DNA of 32,000 nt. Origin: an uncultured Opitutales bacterium (GTDB taxonomy: Bacteria > Verrucomicrobiota > Verrucomicrobiia > Opitutales > Intestinicryptomonadaceae). Of this stretch, positions 9,728 through 18,285 are shown in pieces. The notes beneath the pieces are model-generated. The model had not been told where the DNA came from. It ran no database searches and saw only the letters and a list, made by a program, of their open reading frames with translations. The first letter of the stretch is position 1; the number at the start of each line of letters is the position of its first letter. The position numbers and the translations under genes were made by a program. Location of the stretch: assembly GCA_934660865.1 (NCBI GenBank), contig CAKUIA010000001.1, forward strand, positions 30,001 to 62,000, written 5' to 3'.

Positions 9728-11372
9728 CGTAGTGCAAAGCCCTTTCTTCGGGGAATTTTACCGACGCAAACTTCGTGCCGTCCAGCAACATTCCGTTTTC
9801 GCCTACCGAATTTAAGTCTATACCAAGCTCGTCTTTAATAAGCCTTCTGGCGTCGGCAAGGGTAATGTCGGCGAAGTTTTCGCCGCTTACCGCCTGAATC
9901 AAAGCCGAAACAACCGAAATGGAATTGCATACCGAAGCTTTCGGCTCTATAACCGAGTCGAACTTTTGTATGCGCCACTGGCGGTTTATGTAGCTGCCGG
10001 CCTTTTCGAATTCGTTTGCAATGGGCAGCGTGATTTTCGCCAAAGACGAAAGCTCGTTTTTAACGGTGCCGCAGTAGATTACATTTACGCTCTTTAGGTC
10101 TTTTTGCGAAAAGCCCAAAGCCAAGAGGTCTTCGTCGAAGCTTAAGATAGACGTAATTTCGCCGGCCAATACCTTTTCGCGCAGGGCAAGCAAGTCGGTT
10201 TTCGGATATTCTTTTACCAAACCGCTTACAAACGCGCCGCGCATATTCGGGGTTCTGTCGGCCGAAACAAGGAAATGGTCGTCTTCGCCGAGATGGGCAG
10301 GAACGTAGACATCGAATTTGCCCTCTTTCGCCAATTTCGAAACTAAAAACTGCTCTTCAAAAGTTTGGCGGGCGCTTGCAACAATCGCGCACTTGCCAAG
10401 CTTTACGATTTCGCAAATTCTGTTTAAAGCGTATTGCGATTCGCAGTCAGAACCGTCTAAATTCGCGCACGAAAGCCTGAACTTTGCGTCGGTTTTCTTA
10501 TACTCAAACCTGCCCGAGTCCGACATCCACATATCGTTTACGTCGTCGTTGCGGCGCGGGGTTATTCTGTAGATTACGTTTTCGCGCGACCAAACCTTTA
10601 TGTTTGTGCCCGCGCTGCTTTCGGCGGAAACGGAATTTGAAACCTTTAAGAACCAGGGCCTCATTTTAAAGCGGAAATCTATGCTTGTAAGCGCCCCAAC
10701 CGGACAGTTGTCTACAACATTCATTATGTAGTTGTTGTCGATACTTTCGGGGTTTAAAGCCGCCACGCAAGTTTTGCTGCCGCGCTTTGTAAACGACAAA
10801 TAGTCTTTGCCCAAAATTTCGCGGCAAATGCGTATACATCTAGAGCACAAAACGCAGCGTTCGTTGTCGAGATATATCTTGCCGGCAATGTTCGTCTTTT
10901 TGGGCTTTACGTTCTTTTCTTCAAAATAGCGGCTGCTTGTCTTTGCATAGGCGTTGCAGTATTCCTGAAGCTTGCATTCGCCCGCGGCGTCGCATATGGG
11001 GCAGTCTAGCGGGTGGTTTGCCAAAAGGAAATCCAAAGCACCCTGCCTGCAGCTTTTTACCACGTCGCTGTCGGTTATAACATGCAGGTTTTGGCAAACC
11101 TTTGTGCCGCACGCTATGGCGGGCTTCGGCATCCACGCTATTTTTATAGAACCGTCTTCGTTGTGGATAATTTCCCTTGTCTGCCTGTCTACGGCGGGCA
11201 TGCCTATTTGTATAAGGCACATTCTGCACGACCCCGCCAACGAAAGCTTGGGGTGGTAGCAAAAATGCGGAATTTCTATGCCCAGCGAAGCGCACGCGTC
11301 TATCACGTTCTGACCTGCCGCAACTTCGTATTCTTTTCCGTTTACGTTAATTAAAACATTGTCGCTTGCCAT
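9720..11372 (-). CDS. nuoG: NADH-quinone oxidoreductase subunit G (short form, 550 aa)
   Basis: The N-terminal [2Fe-2S] motif is CYHPKLSLAGSCRMCL. The His/Cys cluster is HPLDCPICDAAGECKLQ. The [4Fe-4S] motif is CVLCSRCIRIC...CPVGAL. The remaining molybdopterin-like domain is short. Confidence 0.9.
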   Translation of the reverse strand: MASDNVLINVNGKEYEVAAGQNVIDACASLGIEIPHFCYHPKLSLAGSCRMCLIQIGMPAVDRQTREIIHNEDGSIKIAWMPKPAIACGTKVCQNLHVITDSDVVKSCRQGALDFLLANHPLDCPICDAAGECKLQEYCNAYAKTSSRYFEEKNVKPKKTNIAGKIYLDNERCVLCSRCIRICREILGKDYLSFTKRGSKTCVAALNPESIDNNYIMNVVDNCPVGALTSIDFRFKMRPWFLKVSNSVSAESSAGTNIKVWSRENVIYRITPRRNDDVNDMWMSDSGRFEYKKTDAKFRLSCANLDGSDCESQYALNRICEIVKLGKCAIVASARQTFEEQFLVSKLAKEGKFDVYVPAHLGEDDHFLVSADRTPNMRGAFVSGLVKEYPKTDLLALREKVLAGEITSILSFDEDLLALGFSQKDLKSVNVIYCGTVKNELSSLAKITLPIANEFEKAGSYINRQWRIQKFDSVIEPKASVCNSISVVSALIQAVSGENFADITLADARRLIKDELGIDLNSVGENGMLLDGTKFASVKFPEERALHYDV

Positions 11373-11376
11373 TGTG

Positions 11377-12735
11377 TTAAATCAGTTTGTACGAGTTATT
11401 GTCGAGTCTGGCCATTGTGCCCTCTTTAAGCTGGCGTTCAATTTTGGCCTCGTATTCGTCCTTAAATTTGCCGACATGGCTTTGAACGGGCCATGCAACG
11501 GATTCGCCGTGGGCGCAAATGGTTCTGCCGCAAATGTTGCCGGCAATAGACAACAGCAAATCTGGGTCGCCCCTGCGGCCGTGGCCGGCGCAAATTCTTT
11601 TTGTTATGCGCGAAATCCACAGCGAACCTTCGCGGCACGGTGTGCACTGCCCGCACGATTCGTGCGCGTAAAAGGCGTTAAGGTTTGCCAAAGCTTCGGG
11701 CATATCAACGGTATTGTCCATAACTATAATGCCGCACGAACCTATTGCCGTACCGCAGGCCATAAACGACTGTGCGTCGAGCTTTATGTTTTCTGGGGTG
11801 ATTTCCTTTACGTTGCCGTCGGCGTCTTTAATCGAAATCTTTTCGCCCCACTTAAGGATTTTCATTGAAGAACCGCCGGGGATAATGGCCTTAAACGAAC
11901 GCCCCGGAAGCGGGCCTTTGCATACGTCGTACAAAAGTTCGCCCAAAGTCATAGAGCCCGTGGTAATTTCGTAGCGCCCGGGGTTTTGTACCTGGCCGCT
12001 TACGCCCCAAATGTGGGTGCCCGGGTCTAGCGGCGAACCTATTTTGGAAACGGCTTCGCCGCCCATTCTAAATACGTTCGGAACCCAGCAAAGCGACTCG
12101 ACATTGTTTACAACAGTCGGGCAGTCGTACAAGCCCATAACCGCGGGGAAATACGGGGGCTTGATTCTGGGATAACCCCTGCCGCCCGCCAAAGACGAAA
12201 TAAGGCCGGTTTCTTCGCCGCAAACGTAGCAGCCGCCGCCCCTTACAACGGTAATGTCGCACGAATATTGGCTGCCGCAAACATTTTTGCCTACATAGCC
12301 CTTTGCTTTTGCCTCTTTAATTGCCTGCTGCAAAATTCTGTAGCCGTTTATATACTCGCCCCTGATATATATGAAGGCGTGCTCGGCGTTTATTGCATAG
12401 GCGGTACACATTATGGCCTCTACCAACTGGTGGGGGTCTTCGTATACTATCTTGCGGTCTTTGCAGGTTCCAGGTTCGGATTCGTCGGAATTGCAGATAA
12501 GGTAAATGGGCTTGCCGCTTTTTCTGTCGAGAAACTTCCATTTCATACCGATGGGGAAGCCCGCGCCGCCGCGCCCCCTTAGTTTCGACTTTTCCATTTC
12601 GGCGCAAAGCTCGGCTTTGTCGCGCGTTACGGTTTGCTTTAACGTTGCATAGCCGCCGTCCGATTCGTATTTGTCAATGGAGGTATTCCAACCTTCAAGG
12701 CCTATGTGTTTGTAGATTATTCTGTTTTCGGCCAT
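11377..12735 (-). CDS. nuoF: NADH-quinone oxidoreductase subunit F (NADH/FMN-binding)
   Basis: GRGGAGFP (FMN site), a glycine-rich NADH region, and the N3 cluster motif ESCGQCTPCREG. 452 aa. Confidence 0.95.
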   Translation of the reverse strand: MAENRIIYKHIGLEGWNTSIDKYESDGGYATLKQTVTRDKAELCAEMEKSKLRGRGGAGFPIGMKWKFLDRKSGKPIYLICNSDESEPGTCKDRKIVYEDPHQLVEAIMCTAYAINAEHAFIYIRGEYINGYRILQQAIKEAKAKGYVGKNVCGSQYSCDITVVRGGGCYVCGEETGLISSLAGGRGYPRIKPPYFPAVMGLYDCPTVVNNVESLCWVPNVFRMGGEAVSKIGSPLDPGTHIWGVSGQVQNPGRYEITTGSMTLGELLYDVCKGPLPGRSFKAIIPGGSSMKILKWGEKISIKDADGNVKEITPENIKLDAQSFMACGTAIGSCGIIVMDNTVDMPEALANLNAFYAHESCGQCTPCREGSLWISRITKRICAGHGRRGDPDLLLSIAGNICGRTICAHGESVAWPVQSHVGKFKDEYEAKIERQLKEGTMARLDNNSYKLI

Positions 12736-12741
12736 AACAAA

Positions 12742-13293
12742 TTATCCTTTATATGCGGGGTTGTTAAAGTCGCCCGAGCCCTGCGGGGCGTCGTGCATTG
12801 TGGCGGGTTTAAGCTCGCCCGATTCGTCCATAGCCTTTATCTGCTCTAAAAACTTGCCGACTTTGTCTGGAGTTATCGAGTCGAAAAGCTTGTCGTTTAC
12901 CTGAACGTTTGGAGCTTTTACGCAGTTGCCCAAACATTCCACAAACTCCAAAGTGTAGATGCCCTTTGTGGAATTTATCGGCATATCCAGCTCTTTTGAG
13001 ATTGCGTCGGCCAAATTTATCGAGCCCGCAAGCGCGCACGAAAGAGTCCTGCACACTTTAATGTGTATTCTGGCGGGTTTTTCCTTTGTAAACATCGGGT
13101 AAAACGACATCATTCCGTAAACTTCAACGGGCTCTATCGAAAGCTTGCCCGCGATATACTTAATGGCGTCGTCGTCGAAAAAGCCGAAAGTTTCCTGCAT
13201 TAGGTGCATAAGCATCATTGCCGCCGATTTCTTTTTCGGATATTCGGCAATAATCTCGTCGGCTCTTTTATCGATTTCGGGAGTTATTTGCAT
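12742..13293 (-). CDS. nuoE: NADH-quinone oxidoreductase subunit E ([2Fe-2S] thioredoxin-like)
   Basis: The Cys pattern is CRTLSCALAG ... ECLGNCVKAP. 183 aa, in the position between nuoD and nuoF. Confidence 0.9.
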   Translation of the reverse strand: MQITPEIDKRADEIIAEYPKKKSAAMMLMHLMQETFGFFDDDAIKYIAGKLSIEPVEVYGMMSFYPMFTKEKPARIHIKVCRTLSCALAGSINLADAISKELDMPINSTKGIYTLEFVECLGNCVKAPNVQVNDKLFDSITPDKVGKFLEQIKAMDESGELKPATMHDAPQGSGDFNNPAYKG

Positions 13294-13316
13294 AATCTAT
13301 AAAACCTCTCAATAAA

Positions 13317-14513
13317 TTATCTGTCGCACTCGCCCAAAACAAAGTCGAGCGAACCGAGAATTGCCGTTATGTCGGTAAGCATGTGCCCTGGCAATAGTTC
13401 GGGCAAAATGCTTAGGCTTGCAAACGAGGGCGATTCAACCTTAACGCGGTAGGGAACGCCGCCGCCTTTCGAAACAACGTAAAAGCCCAAATTGCCCTTG
13501 GGGTTTTCGGCCTGGAAATAGGCTTCGCCCTCCCTTATGTAGGGGCCTTGTGTTGTAACGGTAAAGTCCTGAATAAGGCACGAAATCTGCGTCATAACGT
13601 CTTTTTTGGAGGGCAGATATATTTTCGTGTCGTCTATATGCCATGCGCCTTGCGGCATTTTTTCGATTGCCTGGCGTATGATTTTTATGCTCTGGCGCAT
13701 TTCCTCCATGCGGACAAGCCACCTGTCGTAGCAGTCGCCCTTCGAGCCTACGGGAATTTCGAATTCGTAGTTTTCGTAGCCCGAATAGGGGAAAACCTTT
13801 CGCATATCGGTATCTACGCCGCTGCCCCTTAGGTTGGGGCCCGTAAGGTTGTACGACATCGCCGTTTTTGCGCTTATTATGCCTATGCCCGCCGTTCTTT
13901 CTATGAAAATGCGGTTGCGGGTCATCAGGGCGTCGAACTCGTCCATAAACGAAATGAACTGCGTCGCAAAGTCGCTTACAGCTCCCAGCCAGCCGTCGGG
14001 AATATCTCGCGAAAGCCCGCCTATTCTCGTAAACGAAGTTGTAAGCCTTGCGCCCGTTAGCCCTTCAATTAAAGTGTAAATCTTTTCCCTCTGCGTGTAG
14101 CAGTACATAAACGCCGTTGTAGCGCCAACGTCCAGCGAATAGGCGGCCAAGCCCACCAAGTGGCTCGAAATTCTCGAAAGCTCGCAGGCTATAACCCTTA
14201 TGGCCTTGCACCTGTCGGGAACTTCAACGCCGGCAAGCTTTTCCACACACAAAGCGTAGGCAACGTTGTTGCATATAGACGCCAAATAGTCCATTCTGTC
14301 GGTGTAGGGAACAAACTGGTTGTAGGTAAGGTTTTCGGCAACCTTTTCCATACCTCTGTGCAACTGCCCTATAACGGGCTCGCATGCGGTAATTTCGTCG
14401 CCGTCGAGTTCAAGCACAAGCCTTAAAACGCCGTGCGTTGTCGGGTGCGAAGGCCCGACGTTTATCACCATCTTGTCGCCGAGTCTTTCGGCGGGAAAAT
14501 TCTTTTCGCTCAT
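13317..14513 (-). CDS. nuoD: NADH-quinone oxidoreductase subunit D
   Basis: GPSHPTTHGVLRLVLELDGE-type N-terminus, LHRGMEK, and a C-terminal SLDFVLGECDR. 398 aa. Confidence 0.95.
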   Translation of the reverse strand: MSEKNFPAERLGDKMVINVGPSHPTTHGVLRLVLELDGDEITACEPVIGQLHRGMEKVAENLTYNQFVPYTDRMDYLASICNNVAYALCVEKLAGVEVPDRCKAIRVIACELSRISSHLVGLAAYSLDVGATTAFMYCYTQREKIYTLIEGLTGARLTTSFTRIGGLSRDIPDGWLGAVSDFATQFISFMDEFDALMTRNRIFIERTAGIGIISAKTAMSYNLTGPNLRGSGVDTDMRKVFPYSGYENYEFEIPVGSKGDCYDRWLVRMEEMRQSIKIIRQAIEKMPQGAWHIDDTKIYLPSKKDVMTQISCLIQDFTVTTQGPYIREGEAYFQAENPKGNLGFYVVSKGGGVPYRVKVESPSFASLSILPELLPGHMLTDITAILGSLDFVLGECDR

Positions 14514-14526
14514 AATAAAAATACTC

Positions 14527-15099
14527 CTATTGGCGGCTTCGCGGTTCTCTGTCGGCGGTAAAGTGCTCGCCGCAGCTGGAATGGAAAGGCCCTCCCACCC
14601 ACGGGGCGGGGGTTATGGTTGTTGCCGTTTCGTTGCCTTCAAAAGATTCGGGCAAGGGAGCTTCCCTGCCGGCCAACGGAAAGTCTTTTTGCAGCGGGTG
14701 CCACGGATACGCGTCCCACATAAGTATTCTTTTCAGGTTCGGGTGGCCGTCAAAAACAATGCCCATCATATCGAAAGCCTCGCGCTCCTGCCAGTTTGCA
14801 GACTTGTAAACACCCGTAAGGCTGGGGAATTTGCCGTTGGCGCTTGTGCTTTTAAGCCTTAAATATTCCCTGTTCGCATGCGAAAGGAAAACGCACACAA
14901 CCGAAAACCTGTTTTCGGTTAAATTCGCCCCGTTGTCCAACGAAGCCAAATCGCTAAGGGTTTCAAACGAAAACGAATCGCGCAATTTTTGGGCGTATTC
15001 GGCAAGCTTTTCGGCGGGGCATGTAAAAGACTTTATGCCGTCTTGCGTCGTATATTCGCTTAAATCGGGCATTGCCGCCAATATATCTTCGGTTTTCAT
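14527..15099 (-). CDS. nuoC: NADH-quinone oxidoreductase subunit C
   Basis: 190 aa with the 30-kDa subunit motif ANWQEREAFDMMGIVFDGHPNLKRIL ... WHPLQKDFP. It has a roughly 45-aa C-terminal extension. Confidence 0.9.
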   Translation of the reverse strand: MKTEDILAAMPDLSEYTTQDGIKSFTCPAEKLAEYAQKLRDSFSFETLSDLASLDNGANLTENRFSVVCVFLSHANREYLRLKSTSANGKFPSLTGVYKSANWQEREAFDMMGIVFDGHPNLKRILMWDAYPWHPLQKDFPLAGREAPLPESFEGNETATTITPAPWVGGPFHSSCGEHFTADREPRSRQ

Positions 15100-15101
15100 A
15101 A

Positions 15102-15611
15102 CTATCTGGCCTTAAACAAATCAACCGCACCGTGGGTTGTTCTAATTTTCTTTTGCAAACTTACCAAGGCGTCTAGCAACGCTTCGGGGCGGGACGGACA
15201 GCCCGCCAAATAAATGTCTACGGGAATGATTTTGTCTACACCCTGCAATGTCGAGTAGGTTCTGAACATACCGCCAGAGCATGCGCAAGCTCCCATTGCA
15301 ATAACCCATTTGGGAGCCGCCATTTGGTCGTAAACCCTCTTTACCGAGCCCGCCATTTTGTAGGTTACCGTGCCCGAAACAATCATGCAATCGGCCTGAC
15401 GCGGCGAAAATCTCATAACCTCCATACCGAAACGGCCAATGTCGAAACGGGAATCTGCAGCTCCCATAAGTTCTATGGCGCAACAAGCCAAGCCCATGGG
15501 CTGCGGCCAAATTGAATTGGAACGTACCCAGTTTACCAATGCGTCGAGCTTTGAATATATAAAGCCCGTTCCGCTCGATACGTCGAAATTTTGCTGAACA
15601 ACCTTAGTCAT
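15102..15611 (-). CDS. nuoB: NADH-quinone oxidoreductase subunit B (N2 cluster)
   Basis: [10 protein letters not shown] (tandem Cys), [21 protein letters not shown] and [15 protein letters not shown]. It is the first gene of the cluster, and no nuoA lies upstream. Confidence 0.95.
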   Translation of the reverse strand: MTKVVQQNFDVSSGTGFIYSKLDALVNWVRSNSIWPQPMGLACCAIELMGAADSRFDIGRFGMEVMRFSPRQADCMIVSGTVTYKMAGSVKRVYDQMAAPKWVIAMGACACSGGMFRTYSTLQGVDKIIPVDIYLAGCPSRPEALLDALVSLQKKIRTTHGAVDLFKAR

Positions 15612-15625
15612 AAAAATAAGTCGGC

Positions 15626-15654
15626 ATTTTCAATCAAAGATTGCCTACTTTCAA
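15626..15654 (-). promoter_or_regulatory. candidate sigma70-type promoter for the nuo operon
   Basis: On the minus strand, TTGAAA (15654-15649) is followed by 17 nt and then GAAAAT (15631-15626), 14 nt before the nuoB ATG. It lies in the 104-nt AT-rich divergent intergenic region 15612-15715. Motif match only. Confidence 0.3.
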
Positions 15655-15715
15655 GCATTTTTTTTAAGATAAAATTGCTTTACAAATGCAGAAAATAAGC
15701 CTAGCTTGAGCGTGT

Positions 15716-17173
15716 ATGAAAATCGCCAAACGCTTTTTTTTGCCGCTTTTTATGTTGTTTGCGGCGGCAAACTTGTTAATCGCTAAACCTTTTGCGGTCG
15801 TTTCGCTTGAAAACCCGAAAACGTTTTCACAAAAAATCCTTTCGGTGGTAAAGACGCTTTCGCCCGACGACTATCAAAATACCGAGCTTATGCTTGCCAC
15901 GCAGCTTGCAATGTTCGGCTATCCCGATTTCGACGGCATAGACCTTTCGAAAAACGTGGTAATAGGCTTTTACCAAAACAAGGGCGCCGTAGACACCTAT
16001 ATTTCGGTTAAGGCCGAAAAAAATTCGCGCTTTTGCGCGGCCCTTAAACTTTTGTCGGATATGTCGAAAGCGCAGGGCACAAACTTCCCGCGCTTCGACA
16101 ACATAAACGGCTACACGATTTTGTCGCTAAGCCAAAAGCCGGTTTCTCCCGAAATAGCCGCCGAACTTGCCGAATTGGCGGGCAAAAAAACGGGCTTTTT
16201 GGGAGAATGTACTTTCGAGATGTCGGAATTGACAAACGGCATTTGGGAAAATATGCAAACGCTTTATCTAAATCCCGACTTTTTAAATTCTTTTTCGCTG
16301 CTTTTTGCCGACTTTGAAAATGTTTGCATGCAATTCGACGTTTCTCCCGAAAACGCAACTTTAAACTTTATATGCAACACAAACAAAAATTCTAAATTGG
16401 CGGCCATTTTAGACAAACCGAAAAGAAAAAGCTCTGTAGAGTATTGCCGCTATTTTGAAGATTGCGAATTTTACATACTGGCCTTCGGCAAAAACGACGC
16501 AAAGCTAAACGAGTATTTCGGCTCCATATTTGTCGAAAAAATGCTGCCTACGCTGGTAAAAGACAAGTCGCAGCTTAAAGAGCTTTCCGATTTGGTGATT
16601 AAATACACAAACTGCGGAGGCGAAGTTGCGTTGTATACCGACTTAAATTCTCAGGTATCGCTTGCAAAAACCGACGCAACCGAAAACGACATCGAAAAAC
16701 TGCTGTCTATTGCCGACAAGCTTAACTTTAAAAATATCCTGAATTTGTCCGCCGCCCAAAATGCGCCGCAAATGCCGGAAATGTCGTACAAAACCGAAAA
16801 GATTAAGGTTAACGGAAAATCGCTTTTAAAATTTTCGACATCGGTAAACGGCGAAACTGCCGACACTTTGTACTACACTTTGGCGGGCAAAACCCTTATA
16901 AACGCAAAGTCGCAGGAAAGCGCCCTGGCCTATGCGGACAAATTGGAAAAGAAACAGTTTGCCCCAAACCCCGTTATATGCGATTTAGATGGGCAATATA
17001 GAATGCTTGTTTGCGGGCAAAACAGGGAGATTTTTGCCGACTGCAACGTTTACTATTTAAAGGGAACCGTTAAAGCCCTGTCGACACTGCCGCTTAAAAA
17101 CCTGCAAAAGCTGCAGCAGGTTATAATGGGCTATGCGGCAAAATTTAAGGCACAAGCGCAATTACAGCAATAA
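15716..17173 (+). CDS. hypothetical secreted protein (485 aa), no recognisable domain
   Basis: ATG start. The N-terminus MKIAKRFFLPLFMLFAAANLLIAKP is signal-peptide-like. A long uninterrupted ORF is followed 24 nt later by comEB. I recognise no catalytic motif. Confidence 0.75.
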   Translation: MKIAKRFFLPLFMLFAAANLLIAKPFAVVSLENPKTFSQKILSVVKTLSPDDYQNTELMLATQLAMFGYPDFDGIDLSKNVVIGFYQNKGAVDTYISVKAEKNSRFCAALKLLSDMSKAQGTNFPRFDNINGYTILSLSQKPVSPEIAAELAELAGKKTGFLGECTFEMSELTNGIWENMQTLYLNPDFLNSFSLLFADFENVCMQFDVSPENATLNFICNTNKNSKLAAILDKPKRKSSVEYCRYFEDCEFYILAFGKNDAKLNEYFGSIFVEKMLPTLVKDKSQLKELSDLVIKYTNCGGEVALYTDLNSQVSLAKTDATENDIEKLLSIADKLNFKNILNLSAAQNAPQMPEMSYKTEKIKVNGKSLLKFSTSVNGETADTLYYTLAGKTLINAKSQESALAYADKLEKKQFAPNPVICDLDGQYRMLVCGQNREIFADCNVYYLKGTVKALSTLPLKNLQKLQQVIMGYAAKFKAQAQLQQ

Positions 17174-17197
17174 ACAAACTTTTGCCTTTTTCACAAA

Positions 17198-17668
17198 ATG
17201 CAAAACAACAACAATATTTTCGACGAGCTTGAAGGCCTTTTAAAAGGCTTTGGCAGGCCTTCGTGGGACGAATATTTTATGTCGGTGGCGATACTTGTTG
17301 CGGCAAGGTCGTCGTGCCACAGGCTTAATGTGGGCTGCGTTTTAGTTAGCGACAACGAGCACAAAAACCGCATTATAGCCGCGGGCTACAACGGCTTTTT
17401 GGCAGGGCTACCCCACAGCTCAAAGGTAAGAGACGGGCACGAGCAGGCGACGGTTCACGCCGAGCAAAACGCCATTAGCGACGCAGCCCGCAGGGGCATT
17501 AGCGTGGAAAACTCTGTTGCCTACATTACGCATTTTCCCTGCATAAACTGTGCAAAAATTTTGGCGGCAAGCGGCGTTAAATCTATAAAATACCACCACG
17601 ATTATAATAACGATCCTCTTGTGTTCGAGCTTTTAAAAGACGCCGATATAGACATTGTTCAAATATGA
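17198..17668 (+). CDS. comEB: deoxycytidylate (dCMP) deaminase, ComEB family
   Basis: Cytidine/deoxycytidylate deaminase zinc motifs VHAEQNAI and PCINCAKIL. 156 aa. The stop overlaps the next ATG (ATGA at 17665-17668). Confidence 0.85.
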   Translation: MQNNNNIFDELEGLLKGFGRPSWDEYFMSVAILVAARSSCHRLNVGCVLVSDNEHKNRIIAAGYNGFLAGLPHSSKVRDGHEQATVHAEQNAISDAARRGISVENSVAYITHFPCINCAKILAASGVKSIKYHHDYNNDPLVFELLKDADIDIVQI

Positions 17669-18216
17669 AAAGCGAAAAAACCGACAGAACCTGGTCTTTT
17701 TTGGCGGCTTCGCCCGCATTAAACGACATATCTTTCGAAGAAAGCGTTGTTCTTTTGCTTGAAGACAACGAAGAAAATTCTTTCGGCGTTATAATAAACA
17801 AGCCCATAGGCAAAACGCTGGGCGAAATAGACGCAAAATTCGAGTTTTCGCCGTTGTCGAACATACCCGTATTTTTGGGCGGCCCCGTCAGCAAAGACAA
17901 ATTCAGCATTGTTGTTTGGCGCGAAAATTCCGAAAACGTGTGCAACTTTAGCTTCGGCATTACCGCCGAAAAGGCCGAAGAGTTTTTGGCGGACTTCCCC
18001 GACGCAAAAGCCGGCGTGTTTATGGGCTATGCCGCATGGGAAAAAGACCAGCTTACATCGGAAATAGAGCAGAAAACCTGGTATGTGTCGAAGGTAGACG
18101 AGCGCTTTATTTTAAGCGAAAACTGCGAAAATTTGTGGAGCGACATTCTCTGCAAAGAGTACCCGCAGTTTAATTTGTTGCGGCACGAAAACTACATAGA
18201 TTTGCAGGCAAATTAA
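17665..18216 (+). CDS. yqgE: YqgE/AlgH family protein (UPF0301)
   Basis: The family pattern is FLAASPALNDISFEESVVLLLEDNEENSFGVIINKPIG ... VFLGGPV ... GYAAWEKDQLTSEI. 183 aa. Confidence 0.85.
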   Translation: MKSEKTDRTWSFLAASPALNDISFEESVVLLLEDNEENSFGVIINKPIGKTLGEIDAKFEFSPLSNIPVFLGGPVSKDKFSIVVWRENSENVCNFSFGITAEKAEEFLADFPDAKAGVFMGYAAWEKDQLTSEIEQKTWYVSKVDERFILSENCENLWSDILCKEYPQFNLLRHENYIDLQAN

Positions 18217-18243
18217 ACGCGCTTTCGCAAAAAGGCCGAAAAC

Positions 18244-18283
18244 AAAAAACGCGGGCAAAATTTAATCGCCTGCGCTTTTTTTT
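18244..18283. terminator. bidirectional rho-independent terminator between the convergent yqgE and fmt genes
   Basis: The stem pairs 18250-18256 (cgcgggc) with 18268-18274 (gcctgcg): 7 bp with one G-U pair and an 11-nt loop. It is flanked by A6 (18244-18249) and T8 (18276-18283). Confidence 0.55.
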
Positions 18284-18285
18284 GG

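Noticed and set aside
17198-17668. dCMP deaminase together with the UDG at 1441-2352, considered as a nucleotide-depletion or DNA-editing defence pair.
   Set aside because: The two genes are about 15 kb apart in different operons. The deaminase is a standard ComEB-size enzyme with no fused effector or sensor domain. Both fit ordinary nucleotide metabolism and repair.
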